Shown one piece after another: positions 8,136-19,883 of a DNA stretch of 64,000 nucleotides. The stretch is from Planctomycetia bacterium (GTDB taxonomy: Bacteria; Planctomycetota; Planctomycetia; Pirellulales; UBA1268): contig BJHK01000020.1 in assembly GCA_014192425.1 (NCBI GenBank), positions 1,068-65,067 on the forward strand, in the 5' to 3' direction. The notes under the pieces were generated by a model. It had not been told where the DNA came from, made no database searches, and saw nothing but the letters and a program-made list of their open reading frames with translations. Positions within the stretch are counted from its first letter, which is position 1. The number at the start of each line of letters is the position of its first letter. The translations under genes and the position numbers were made by a program.

Positions 8136-10988
8136 TCAGTCCACATATTCGAACTCCGCCGTGGCCAGGACCGCCTGGGCGAGCCGCTCCCAGGGGCCGA
8201 ACCGGGACGCGGCCTCGGTGCCCTCGCGGGCCAGCCAAGCATGGGCCAGGGCCAGTTCGCTGGCGTCGGGGTCGCGGCCGAGCGCGTCGCGCCACAGCCA
8301 GGTGATCCGCGGGCCATCGTCGGCCCCGGCCTGCTGCCGCGTGCGGGCGGCGAGGCCGCGGGCCGCCTCGACCACCAGGGGCGCGTTGAGCACCGCCAGC
8401 GACTGCTGCGGTACGACCGTCCGGCGGCGCACGTGGGTGCAGAAATCGGGGGACGCGATGTCGAACGTGCGCATCAGCCCCGGGAGAAACTGCCGGTCGA
8501 CGGCGAGGTAAATCGTGCGGCGCGTCGCGGCGGCGTCTGCAGCGGGCTCGAGCCCCGGGCCGCCGCGCCGGGCGACGTCGAGGGTGCCTGCGGCGGCGAG
8601 CAGGCTGTCGCGCCACGGCTCCCAGTCGAGCCGGCGACCATTCGCCCGGCCGAAGAGCCTGTTGTCGGGATCGGCTTCGGCATGCCGTGCATCTCTGGCG
8701 CTCGACTGGCGCCACGAGCGGCTGGTGACGATCTCCCGGTGCAGCCAGCGCAGGCTGAAGCGGCCCTCATCGACGAACCGGCGGGCGAGATCGTCGAGCA
8801 GGAGTGCATTCGTGGGTGGATCGCCGCGCAGCCCGAAATCCCCCGGCGTGTCGACGAGCCCGCGGCCGAAGTGATGCGTCCAGACCCAGTTGACGAGGAC
8901 GCGCGGCGTGAGCGGGTTGTCGGCGGCGACGATCGCCCGCGCCAGTTCCAGCCGCCCGCTCGACGTGCGCGGCAGCGGCGTGCCACCGAGGAGCCGGGGC
9001 AGCCGGCGCTCGACCGTCGGGCCGCGGCGACCAGGATCACCGCGCAGGAAGACGGGGCTGTCGGTCAACGTTTCCTTGTCCACGACCGCCATGGCCCGCG
9101 GCGGCCCCCCCGCCGCATCCGCCTCGTGTGCTGCCACGGCAGCCCGGGCCTTCGTCAGTTGATTCCGCTCGGTCTGGCGCAGCACGCGCTCGGCGTCCGC
9201 GAGCCGGGGCACGAACGGCGTGCCGGGTTCGCCGAGGACCTGCCGCAGCGCGGCGACCGGCGCCGGCTCGTCGTCTCCAGCCGCCTGGCCGCCGGCCCAC
9301 ATCGGGGCGACGCGGAGGGCGAGCCGGGCGTAAAGGGTGGCGAGTTCACGGATGGTCCGTGGCCGTTCGCCCGAAATGGCCTCGATGACGAGCGGATTCG
9401 CACGCCGTGATTCCTCGGTCGCTGCCTGGTCGTGGAGCCATGCCTCCAGGCGCGGGGCGAGATCCGACCCTGCTCCGGGATGAACGGCCGCCTTCCATGC
9501 ACCGAGCACCGGGTCGTCGGCAGCGGCCTCGTCGAGCAGGCGGCGCAGGCGATCGACGATCAACCCCTGGAACTCGTAGCCATCGGCGAGCCGGGGCAGG
9601 CGGCCATCGGCACTGGGGGGCCGCGGAACGGCGTGCTCCTCCAGATAGTCGGCCGCATGTGCCAGCGCCTCGCGGGTCACACGTTCCCGGATGCTCTCCA
9701 GGTGTCGCGTGACCGCCGCCGAGAGCGTCGCATGGCGGGCCATGAAGGCATCGCCCGTCGGCCCGGGATCGGGGGCGCCGATGATCGGCAGCTCCGCCGG
9801 CGGCGTGGTGCTGGCGAAGACGCCGTGGAGCCCGTAGTAGTCGTCGGCGCCGATCGGCTCGTATTTGTGGTCGTGGCAGCGGGCGCAGGTCACCGTCAGT
9901 CCCATCAGTCCCCGGGTGACGACGTCGATCGCGTCGTCGATGCGGTCGTGCTCGCGGAGCGCCCGGCCCACCGTGAGAAACCCGAGGGCGGCGAGGTCCG
10001 CGCGGTCGACGGGAAACGACGGCGTGCCCGCCTGCAGGCAGTGGTCGGCGGCGAGCTGGAGTGTGATGAACTGGTCGAGCGGCCGGTCGGCCGCCAGGCT
10101 CGCCACGACCCAGTCGCGGTACGTCCAGGCGAACGGGTACTTCGGCTTCAGCACCTGGTCGCCGATGTACCCGGGCGAATCGGCGTAGCGGGCGATGTCC
10201 AGCCATTTGCGGGCCCAGTGCTCGGCGGCCTCGGGGGATGAGAGGAGCCGGTCCACGAGCGCCTGGTATGCCGCATCGGTCGGCGCGGCGACGAACTGCT
10301 CGACCTCGGCTGCGGGCGGCGGAAGCCCGGTGAGGTCGAACCACAGCCGGCGCACGAGCACCCGCGGCGCAGCGTCGGCGGCCGGCTCGAGTCCGGCCTC
10401 CGCGAGCCCGGCGGCGATGAACCGGTCGATGCGGCCGGCGCTCCACCGGGACGCGGGCGGCTCGTGCCGCTCGGGCGGACGGAACGCCCAGTGCTCGCGC
10501 AGGGCGCGTGCGCGCCGCTCCTGCATCACTTCCACCGCCGTCAGGGCGGCCGGCGGGGGAGCGCCGGAGGAATCGCCCCAGGAAGCGCCCGCGGCCACCC
10601 AGCCTTCGATCGCTGCGATCTCGTCGGCCGACAGCCGGCCATCGGGGGGCATCTCCAGGCCCGCCTCATGCCTGACGGCGGCGACGAGCCTGCTCTGGCC
10701 GGGGTCTCCGGGCACGAGCACGGGCCCCGAGTCGCTGCCGGCGAGCATGGCGGCCCGGCTGTCGAGCCGCAGGCCCGCCTCGGCGACCTTGTCGCCGTGG
10801 CACTTCTGGCAGCGGGCCACGAGGAGCGGCCGGACGTGACGTTCGAAGTGGTCTGCTGCGTCGCGGTCGGATTCGGCCGCGAGCGTGCCCCCCGCCCTGA
10901 CGGCAAATGCCGCCAGGGCGAGCCCGGCGGACCAGCAGAGCCGGCCGCGGGGCCGACGTGTTCCGTGTGGCGTGATCAGGAGACTCAT
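8136..10988 (-). CDS. PSCyt1/DUF1549(PSCyt2)/DUF1553(PSD1) protein with CxxCH motif
   Basis: Signal-like N-terminus, heme-type motif CQKCHGDK..GLRLDS, central RCHDHKYEP and C-terminal DUF1553-like region. 950 aa. Confidence 0.9.
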   Translation of the reverse strand: MSLLITPHGTRRPRGRLCWSAGLALAAFAVRAGGTLAAESDRDAADHFERHVRPLLVARCQKCHGDKVAEAGLRLDSRAAMLAGSDSGPVLVPGDPGQSRLVAAVRHEAGLEMPPDGRLSADEIAAIEGWVAAGASWGDSSGAPPPAALTAVEVMQERRARALREHWAFRPPERHEPPASRWSAGRIDRFIAAGLAEAGLEPAADAAPRVLVRRLWFDLTGLPPPAAEVEQFVAAPTDAAYQALVDRLLSSPEAAEHWARKWLDIARYADSPGYIGDQVLKPKYPFAWTYRDWVVASLAADRPLDQFITLQLAADHCLQAGTPSFPVDRADLAALGFLTVGRALREHDRIDDAIDVVTRGLMGLTVTCARCHDHKYEPIGADDYYGLHGVFASTTPPAELPIIGAPDPGPTGDAFMARHATLSAAVTRHLESIRERVTREALAHAADYLEEHAVPRPPSADGRLPRLADGYEFQGLIVDRLRRLLDEAAADDPVLGAWKAAVHPGAGSDLAPRLEAWLHDQAATEESRRANPLVIEAISGERPRTIRELATLYARLALRVAPMWAGGQAAGDDEPAPVAALRQVLGEPGTPFVPRLADAERVLRQTERNQLTKARAAVAAHEADAAGGPPRAMAVVDKETLTDSPVFLRGDPGRRGPTVERRLPRLLGGTPLPRTSSGRLELARAIVAADNPLTPRVLVNWVWTHHFGRGLVDTPGDFGLRGDPPTNALLLDDLARRFVDEGRFSLRWLHREIVTSRSWRQSSARDARHAEADPDNRLFGRANGRRLDWEPWRDSLLAAAGTLDVARRGGPGLEPAADAAATRRTIYLAVDRQFLPGLMRTFDIASPDFCTHVRRRTVVPQQSLAVLNAPLVVEAARGLAARTRQQAGADDGPRITWLWRDALGRDPDASELALAHAWLAREGTEAASRFGPWERLAQAVLATAEFEYVD

Positions 10989-11024
10989 GCGTCAGTACTC
11001 GAAGGCTGTCCGGCGATCGCGTCC

Positions 11025-12470
11025 CTACGCGATGACGTCGCTGATCACGGTGCCGCCGACGTCGGTGAGGCGGAAGTCGCGGCCGTTGTGCCGGTAGGTG
11101 AGTTTCTCGTGGTCGATGCCGAGCAGATGCAGGATCGTGGCGTGGAGGTCGTTGACGCCCACCTTCTTCTCGACGGCCTTGTAGCCGAAATCGTCCGTGG
11201 CGCCGTAATGGAAGCCCCCCTTCACGCCGCCGCCGGCCATCCAGATGGTGAAGCCGTTGGGGTTGTGGTCGCGTCCCTTGCCCCCCTGCGAGTCGCTGGT
11301 CCGGCCGAACTCGCCCCCCCAGACGACGAGCGTGTCGTCGAGCAGGCCGCGGGCCTCGAGGTCAGCCAGGAGCGCGGCCGCCGGACGGTCGGTCGCCGCG
11401 CCGCAGGCGCGATGGTTCTTTTCGATATTGTCGTGGCCGTCCCAGGGAACGTCGGGCACGGAGCCATCCCCGCCTGCGGACCTGCCGGCGAAGACCTGGA
11501 TGAACCGCACACCGCGTTCGATCAACCGCCGGGCGGTGAGGCACTGTCGGGCCATCACCTGGCAGTCCTTGTCGGCCGTGCCGTAGAGATCGTGGACATG
11601 ATTCGGCTCCTGGGTGAGGTCAAACGCCTCGGGTGCGGCGACCTGCATCCGATAGGCGAGCTCGAAACTGGCGAGCCGCGCGGCCAGATCGGCCTGGGTG
11701 GTCCGTTCGGCGGCATGCGCCGCATTGAGCTTGGAGAGGACGTCGAGCTCCTCCCGCTGCCGCTCGGCCGTCAGGCCGGTGCGGCGGCTGAGATGGTCGA
11801 TCCGCAGGCCGGGATTCAGGCTGATCGCCTGATGGCTGCGCGGCAGAAAGCCGGACGACCAGATCTGGTCGTCACCGCGCGGGCGGGAGTCGTCGTGCAT
11901 GACCACGAAACTCGGCAGGTCGTCGGCGAGCGATCCCAGGCCGTAGTCGAGCCAGGCTCCGAGGCTCGGCATTCCCGGCCGGCTGAAGCCCGACATCAGC
12001 TCCATCGCGGCGGGGGCGTGGTTGTTGGCCCGCACGTGGCAGGAGTGGATGAACGTCATCCGATCGACGTGTCGGGCGAGGTGGGGCATGATCTCGCTCA
12101 CCCAACTGCCCGACTCGCCATGCTGCGCCCACTTGAACGGGCTGGCGAGGCAGGTGCCGCTGGTGCCGAAGAAACCGGTCTGCTTGTCGGCCCCAGGGAG
12201 CGGCTGGCCGTTGCGTGCCTGCAGTTCCGGCTTGTAGTCCCAGGTGTCCATGTGCGATGGAGCGCCGGGCATGAACAGCCAGATGACTCGTCGGGCCCGG
12301 GGCGCGAAGTGCGGAAGCGCCGTCGCGGCGGCCTGCCCCTGGCCGCCGAGCAGCGTCGCCAGCGCGAGTCCGCCGAAGCCCTGGCCGACGTCGCGGAGAA
12401 ACCGACGACGCGGGGGAAGGGCGAGTTCGCCGATGCCTGCCGGCTGCATGGGATGACCCTCAATCGACAT
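11025..12470 (-). CDS. DUF1501 domain protein (second paralog, Tat signal)
   Basis: RRRFLRDVGQGFGGLALATLLG, GRDHNPNGFTIWMAGGGVK and NDLHATILHLLGIDH motifs. Overlaps the upstream PSCyt gene stop by 11 nt. An alternative ATG at 12449 is possible. Confidence 0.9.
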   Translation of the reverse strand: MSIEGHPMQPAGIGELALPPRRRFLRDVGQGFGGLALATLLGGQGQAAATALPHFAPRARRVIWLFMPGAPSHMDTWDYKPELQARNGQPLPGADKQTGFFGTSGTCLASPFKWAQHGESGSWVSEIMPHLARHVDRMTFIHSCHVRANNHAPAAMELMSGFSRPGMPSLGAWLDYGLGSLADDLPSFVVMHDDSRPRGDDQIWSSGFLPRSHQAISLNPGLRIDHLSRRTGLTAERQREELDVLSKLNAAHAAERTTQADLAARLASFELAYRMQVAAPEAFDLTQEPNHVHDLYGTADKDCQVMARQCLTARRLIERGVRFIQVFAGRSAGGDGSVPDVPWDGHDNIEKNHRACGAATDRPAAALLADLEARGLLDDTLVVWGGEFGRTSDSQGGKGRDHNPNGFTIWMAGGGVKGGFHYGATDDFGYKAVEKKVGVNDLHATILHLLGIDHEKLTYRHNGRDFRLTDVGGTVISDVIA

Positions 12471-15400
12471 AGATGAATTCGTTCGTGCAGAGAATGATCT
12501 GGCAGACGTCGGCCAGCGCGGCCGTCCGTTTGCCCGCGTCTCCCGCCGCCTGCTCCTGACGGGTGGCCAACAGGGTGCCGAGTGTGTCGCGCTCCGTGGC
12601 CGTCGCCGGCCTGCCCAGCGCGATCGTCGTCGCGGCGTCGAGCAGGTGCGCCGCCGTGCCGGTCCCGGCCGCCTTCTGGGCCCGGGCGGCGAGCCCCTCC
12701 GCAGCCGAGCGAACGAAGGGGGAGTTCATCATCGTCAGCGACTGTGTCGGCACCGTGGCCACGCCCCGCGCCCCGATCGGCTGCAACGGCTCCGGCTGAT
12801 CGAAGAGACGCATGAAGGGGATCGGGGCGCTCCGCTTGACCCGCAGGTAGATGCTCCGTCGCGGCTGGTTGCCGTCCCCGACGCTCGGCCCGTGCATCGT
12901 GGTCTGCAGTTTGCCCGACACCGCCAGCAGGGAATCGCGGATCGCCTCGGCCTCGAGCCGCACCGGCCGCCGCTGCCAGAGGAGCAGATTGTCCGGATCG
13001 GCGTTGCGATTGGCAGCGGTGACGAGTCCTGCCTGCCGGTAGGTGGCGCTCGTCACGATCAGGCGATGGAGTTTCTTCAGCGACCAGCCCTCGTGCACGA
13101 GCCGGCCGGCCAGCCATTCGAGCAACTCTGGATGGCTGGGCTTGTCACCCTGGCTGCCGAGGTCGTTCGGCGTGGAGACGATGCCGCGGCCGAAGTGGTG
13201 ATGCCAGAGCCTGTTGGCCATCACCCGGGCCACGAGCGGACCCGCGCCGCGCGTGGTGTCGGTGAGCCAGTCCGTCAGGCCGAGCCGCGAATCCCTGTCC
13301 GGTTTGCCGGTGCCGGCGAGCAGGGGCTGCTCGGCCTCATCGGTCTCGATCGTGGCGCGGATGAAGCCGGGGTCGATCTTTCCCTGCTTGCGGCCCACCT
13401 CGCCGCGGGCGAGAAGGAAGACGTCGTTGCTGCCGGGTTTCACCCCCTGCGAGTTGCCGCTGATGACCCATGCACCGTTGACGGCCCGGTACAGGGTCAC
13501 GAGCGCCGGCTTCGGCTTTCGGGCCTCGACGGCCTCGAGAGCCGCGATCGTCTCGTCAGCCTTGGCATCGGCCCGTCGATACCAGGGCATGAGATCCCGC
13601 CAGATGGCGTCGTCGGTCTCGACCTTCTTGCCCGCGGCGGCCGCGGCGGTCGCCAGGGCGACGACCTCGTCCGCCGCCTGCGAGACCGCGTCCCCATCGA
13701 CCGCCGGTGTGCCGTCAATGGCGGCGGCCGCGACCCGAAACCGGCCGAGGCCGTGCTGCCCGCCCTCGAAGAACAGTTCGACGGTGAGTTCCGTGCCCCC
13801 CTCGAAGCCGAGTGGCTTGTCGAACTGGAACACGACGGCATGATCCCGCCCGGTCTGGTCGCCGATCGCCCAGCCGGTGGCCGGGTCCTGATCCACCGCT
13901 CCGGCCGCTGGAAACCCCTCGGCGGCGGCCGTCGCCGCCACGGCGGCGAGCACCGGGTTGATCGGCTGGCGATCCTTCGCGGGCACGAGCGGCTTGGCGG
14001 TCACGGCGATGCGCGACAGCCGGAAGCCGCCGTCCTTCGCGGTGCCCGGTCCGGTACGCGGCGTGGCGGTGCCCGAGAGCGGCTCGAGCCGGAGTGCCGT
14101 CAGGCCTTGGGCGCGGGTGTGGAACACCGCCCGGTACGAATCGTCCGCCTCCAGCTTGCCCGTCGCGGTGACGACGGCGTCGTTGCCGGCCGAGAGCGTC
14201 GCCTTCTTGCCCTTCACCTCGCGCGGGAGCAGCCAGCGCAACTGGCCGGGCGACCGGGCCGCCACGGTGGCCTCGAGACCGGGCAGGGCGGCGGCAAACG
14301 ACTCCCGCCGCAGCGTGTCCACGGCCGCCGCGAACGGTGTGCGTTCCTTTTGCCAGGCCTCGAGGGCCCGGGCCGTCGCGGCGGGGTCCGGGTCCATCGC
14401 CTTGTCGGCCTGCACGGCGTTCCGCAGGCAGGCAAGGAGGGCGTAGTAGTCACGTTGTCTGATCGGATCGTACTTGTGGTCATGGCAGCGGGCGCACCCG
14501 ATCGTCATGCCGAGTGCCGCTGCGCCGAGCGTCGTCGCCATGTCGTCGAGCTGGTCGTAGCGGATCGGCTCGATCGTCTTGGCCGTGACCTGGTTCGGAT
14601 AGGGCCCGGCGACGAGCAGGCCGGTCGCCGCCGCCGCCTGCACGTCATCCGGGCGGAGCAGGTCGCCGGCGACCTGCAGCCGGAGGAACTCGTCGTAGGG
14701 CATGTCGGCGTTGAGTGCCCGAATGACGAAGTCGCGGTAGTGGTAGGCATTGCCCCGGTCATTGTCGAACTCGTAGCCGCCGCTTTCGCCGTAGCGGACG
14801 ACGTCCAGCCAGTGCCGGGCCCAGCGCTCGCCGAACTGCGGGCTGGCCAGCAGCCGATCGACGACCTTGTCGTAGGCGTCGGGGCTCGCATCGGCGAGGA
14901 ACGCCTGCAGCTCCTCGGGCGTCGGCGGCAGGCCGACGAGATCGAACGTCACGCGGCGGAGAAGCGTCGCCCGCGACGCCTCGGCGTTGGGGACGACGCC
15001 GGCCGCCTCCTGACGGGCGCGAATGAAGCGGTCGATGTTGTTCCGCACCCAGGCCATGTCCGTGACCGGTGGCGTCGCGACGTCCGCGAGGCGGCGATAC
15101 GACCAGTGGTTGCGCCCCGCCGCCACGTCGATCTTCCGGGAATCGACCGTGGCCGCCGGACCGGTCCGCGGGTCGGGCGCACCCATCTCGAACCAGGTCG
15201 TGAAATCGGCGATCACGCCCTCGGGCATCCTGCCTTCCGGGGGCATTTCCATCCCGTTGTGGGCAATGGCATCGAGCAGCAGGCTCTTCTCCTTATCGCC
15301 CGGCACGATCGCCGGTCCGCTCTCTCCCCCCTTGAGCATGCCGTCGCGGGTGTCGAGGAGCAGTTCCGCCTTCAGCCGGCCCGCGGCCTGAGCCTCGGCC

Positions 15401-15639
15401 GAATGGCACTGGTAGCACTTGGCGACGAGGACGGGACGGATCTTGGACTCGAAAAACGAAATCCCCTCGGGCGTGGCCTCGGCGGCGTTCGCCCGGCTGA
15501 GGATGCCCGCGACTGCCAAGTGGGACAAGACGACCGCGAGGCCGTAGATGACGGCCTGTGTCAGGACTGCACTCAGCACCCTGACGCGGGCTCGGCTTGC
15601 CGAAGGACGCCGATCGCGCTCACGCCATGCGTCGCGCAT
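12460..15639 (-). CDS. PSCyt1/DUF1549/DUF1553 protein with CxxCH motif (second paralog, extra central insert)
   Basis: ATG at 15639, TM/signal segment, CYQCHSAEAQ heme-type motif, CARCHDHKYDP, DUF1553-like C-terminus. 1059 aa. Confidence 0.9.
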   Translation of the reverse strand: MRDAWRERDRRPSASRARVRVLSAVLTQAVIYGLAVVLSHLAVAGILSRANAAEATPEGISFFESKIRPVLVAKCYQCHSAEAQAAGRLKAELLLDTRDGMLKGGESGPAIVPGDKEKSLLLDAIAHNGMEMPPEGRMPEGVIADFTTWFEMGAPDPRTGPAATVDSRKIDVAAGRNHWSYRRLADVATPPVTDMAWVRNNIDRFIRARQEAAGVVPNAEASRATLLRRVTFDLVGLPPTPEELQAFLADASPDAYDKVVDRLLASPQFGERWARHWLDVVRYGESGGYEFDNDRGNAYHYRDFVIRALNADMPYDEFLRLQVAGDLLRPDDVQAAAATGLLVAGPYPNQVTAKTIEPIRYDQLDDMATTLGAAALGMTIGCARCHDHKYDPIRQRDYYALLACLRNAVQADKAMDPDPAATARALEAWQKERTPFAAAVDTLRRESFAAALPGLEATVAARSPGQLRWLLPREVKGKKATLSAGNDAVVTATGKLEADDSYRAVFHTRAQGLTALRLEPLSGTATPRTGPGTAKDGGFRLSRIAVTAKPLVPAKDRQPINPVLAAVAATAAAEGFPAAGAVDQDPATGWAIGDQTGRDHAVVFQFDKPLGFEGGTELTVELFFEGGQHGLGRFRVAAAAIDGTPAVDGDAVSQAADEVVALATAAAAAGKKVETDDAIWRDLMPWYRRADAKADETIAALEAVEARKPKPALVTLYRAVNGAWVISGNSQGVKPGSNDVFLLARGEVGRKQGKIDPGFIRATIETDEAEQPLLAGTGKPDRDSRLGLTDWLTDTTRGAGPLVARVMANRLWHHHFGRGIVSTPNDLGSQGDKPSHPELLEWLAGRLVHEGWSLKKLHRLIVTSATYRQAGLVTAANRNADPDNLLLWQRRPVRLEAEAIRDSLLAVSGKLQTTMHGPSVGDGNQPRRSIYLRVKRSAPIPFMRLFDQPEPLQPIGARGVATVPTQSLTMMNSPFVRSAAEGLAARAQKAAGTGTAAHLLDAATTIALGRPATATERDTLGTLLATRQEQAAGDAGKRTAALADVCQIILCTNEFIYVD

Positions 15640-15899
15640 GATCCTTGAGCCTCTTCGTGGAACGGTTCAGGCCGAAAGCCGGCTGTCACCGGGGAGATCA
15701 TCGACCGGGTCCACGGCGGATTTTCCATCCAATCGCGGGCGGAAGCACTCCAACACCGAGAACAACTTTAGCGTGCTCCGGCGGCAATGCGAGTATTGCC
15801 GCTCGTCCTTGAGTGCGGCCCGCTGCGCCACCGCGACACATGGTGGACGTGGACCATGCCGAACTTGCCATCCCATGAGCATGGAGATAGCATGGATAC

Positions 15900-16172
15900 A
15901 TGCAAAAGATACAGATTCTCTTCCCGGACCCTGTCATGGCACGGTTGCGGGCCGTTGCCCGGGAGCAGGACCGGCCGGTGAGCGAGCTGGTCCGTCGCGC
16001 TGTCGACCGCCTACTCGAACAAATGCCTGTCACGCCGTCGCAGCGGCCGGCAGCCTTTCCAACCTTTCGTGGCGGTGGCGTTCTCGTCGATGCCGGGGAG
16101 TTGCGCGAGGTGCTGCACGGCCACGATGATGACCCACTTCCCGACGCAAGGCACGACGCCCCGCTGGCATGA
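15900..16172 (+). CDS. vapB: Ribbon-helix-helix antitoxin (VapB/CopG-like)
   Basis: [40 protein letters not shown] is a typical RHH beta-strand plus two helices. ATGA overlap with the PIN gene. Confidence 0.8.
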   Translation: MQKIQILFPDPVMARLRAVAREQDRPVSELVRRAVDRLLEQMPVTPSQRPAAFPTFRGGGVLVDAGELREVLHGHDDDPLPDARHDAPLA

Positions 16173-16612
16173 CCGCGATGAAGAGCCTCGATACCAACAT
16201 CCTTCTGTACGCCGCCGACGAGGACTGTCGCGAACACGCCGCCGCGATCGGCCTCGTCAACGAAGCGCTACGGTCGCCCGCGGACTGGCTGCTGTCCGAC
16301 CAGGTGCTGTTCGAGCTGTACGCCGGACTGCGGCATCCGCGGGTCTTCGCCAGGCCGCTGTCGGCCGTCGAGGCGGCCCGCAGGGTCGCGTTCCTGCGCC
16401 AGGAATCGGGGTTTGCCTTCTGTTGTCATGAACTGCGATCGTGGCCGACGATTCATGCAGCCTTGGCCACGCCGACGTTTCCGCGGCGGCGGACCCATGA
16501 CCTCGTCCTCGCCGTCACGCTACGCAGCCATGGCGTGAAGGAGTTCTACACTCGCAACGTCGCCGATTTCCGAACCGCGGGGTTCGAATCAGTCGTGAAC
16601 CCAATCGACTGA
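16169..16612 (+). CDS. vapC: PIN-domain toxin (VapC family)
   Basis: LDTNILLYAADED at the N-terminus (first acidic PIN residue), then later D/E positions (..SDQVLFEL.., ..THDLVLAV..). 147 aa, coupled to the RHH gene. Confidence 0.8.
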   Translation: MTAMKSLDTNILLYAADEDCREHAAAIGLVNEALRSPADWLLSDQVLFELYAGLRHPRVFARPLSAVEAARRVAFLRQESGFAFCCHELRSWPTIHAALATPTFPRRRTHDLVLAVTLRSHGVKEFYTRNVADFRTAGFESVVNPID

Positions 16613-16625
16613 TGGATGACCGCTC

Positions 16626-18950
<2,325 letters not shown>

Positions 18951-18951
18951 G

Positions 18952-19779
18952 ATGGGGGACGGCGTGGAGGCGGACGTAACTGCCGGATCGCTGCGGTCGC
19001 GGCTCTGTCCGCCGCTCGCCACGGTCGAACACCATGCGGTCGTCGCATCGACGATGATCCGGGCACGGGAGATCGCCGCCGACCCCGCGGCGGCCCTGCC
19101 TGCGGCCGTGATCGCCGACCGGCAGACGCATGGCCGGGGTCGGCGCGGGGCCGGCTGGTGGCAGAGCCCCGACAGCCTCGCGGTGAGCCTCGTGCTCGCG
19201 GCCCGTGCCCCGGCGGTCGCCCCGCCGCCGACCTGGTCGCTGGCCTGCGGCGTGGCCCTCGCCGAGACGCTTCGCGACCTGCTTCCGGGCGTCGAGCCGA
19301 CGGTCCGCTGGCCGAACGACGTCCACGTGGGTACGGCCAAACTCGCCGGCATCCTCGTGGAGACGACCGGCGCGGGCCGGGCGATATTCGGCATCGGCGT
19401 GAACACGGCCGGCAGCGCGGCCGACGCGCCCGAGCCGCTGCGCCGGCGGGTCGCCACGATTCCCGACATCACGGGCAGGCCGCTCGACCGGGCGACGCTG
19501 CTCGCCGCCTTCGTCCCCCGGTTGCTCGCGCTCCTCGCCGTGCTCGACGACGATCCAGCGATCCTGCCGGACCGCTACCGGTCGCTGTGCGGTCTGACCG
19601 GCCGCGAGGTGACGCTCCACGTCGGCGATCGGATCGACCGCGGCATCTGCCGCGGGATCGCCGTCGACGGTGGCCTGCTGCTCGACACGTCCGCCGGCCT
19701 GCGACATTTTCTCATCGGCAGCCTGACGGCGCCGGCGGACGTCTGGCCGGGAGATGCGGCCGGCCATGCGCCGCGCTGA
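18952..19779 (+). CDS. birA: Biotin--[acetyl-CoA-carboxylase] ligase (group I, no HTH)
   Basis: ADRQTHGRGRRGAGWWQSP (GRGRxGRxW motif), WPNDVHVGTAKLAGILVE. Starts 1 nt after the copA stop. Confidence 0.85.
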   Translation: MGDGVEADVTAGSLRSRLCPPLATVEHHAVVASTMIRAREIAADPAAALPAAVIADRQTHGRGRRGAGWWQSPDSLAVSLVLAARAPAVAPPPTWSLACGVALAETLRDLLPGVEPTVRWPNDVHVGTAKLAGILVETTGAGRAIFGIGVNTAGSAADAPEPLRRRVATIPDITGRPLDRATLLAAFVPRLLALLAVLDDDPAILPDRYRSLCGLTGREVTLHVGDRIDRGICRGIAVDGGLLLDTSAGLRHFLIGSLTAPADVWPGDAAGHAPR

Positions 19780-19810
19780 CCGGGGGCATCGCGCTGGCCG
19801 CAAGGAGATC

Positions 19811-19883
19811 GGTGCCAGCCACCAAATCTGGGTAAAATAGGGCGTCAAATACCCCACATTACCCAGATTTGGTGGCTGGCACC
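19811..19883. terminator. Perfect 25-bp inverted repeat (23-nt loop) followed by TTTT; probable birA terminator that overlaps the rlmM 3' end
   Basis: GGTGCCAGCCACCAAATCTGGGTAA (19811-19835) and its exact complement TTACCCAGATTTGGTGGCTGGCACC (19859-19883), then TTTTGGG. Lies 32 nt after the birA stop. Confidence 0.6.

Noticed and set aside
12646-15648. 1000-aa ORF antisense to the second PSCyt/DUF1553 gene
   Set aside because: It has shadow-frame composition (long runs of R/G/P/D/E) and no motifs. The sense strand carries the CxxCH/DUF1553 signatures.
16570-16600. GGGGTTCGAATCAG, a T-loop-like tRNA motif
   Set aside because: It lies inside the vapC coding frame (..AGFESVVNPID). No acceptor, D or anticodon arms can be drawn.
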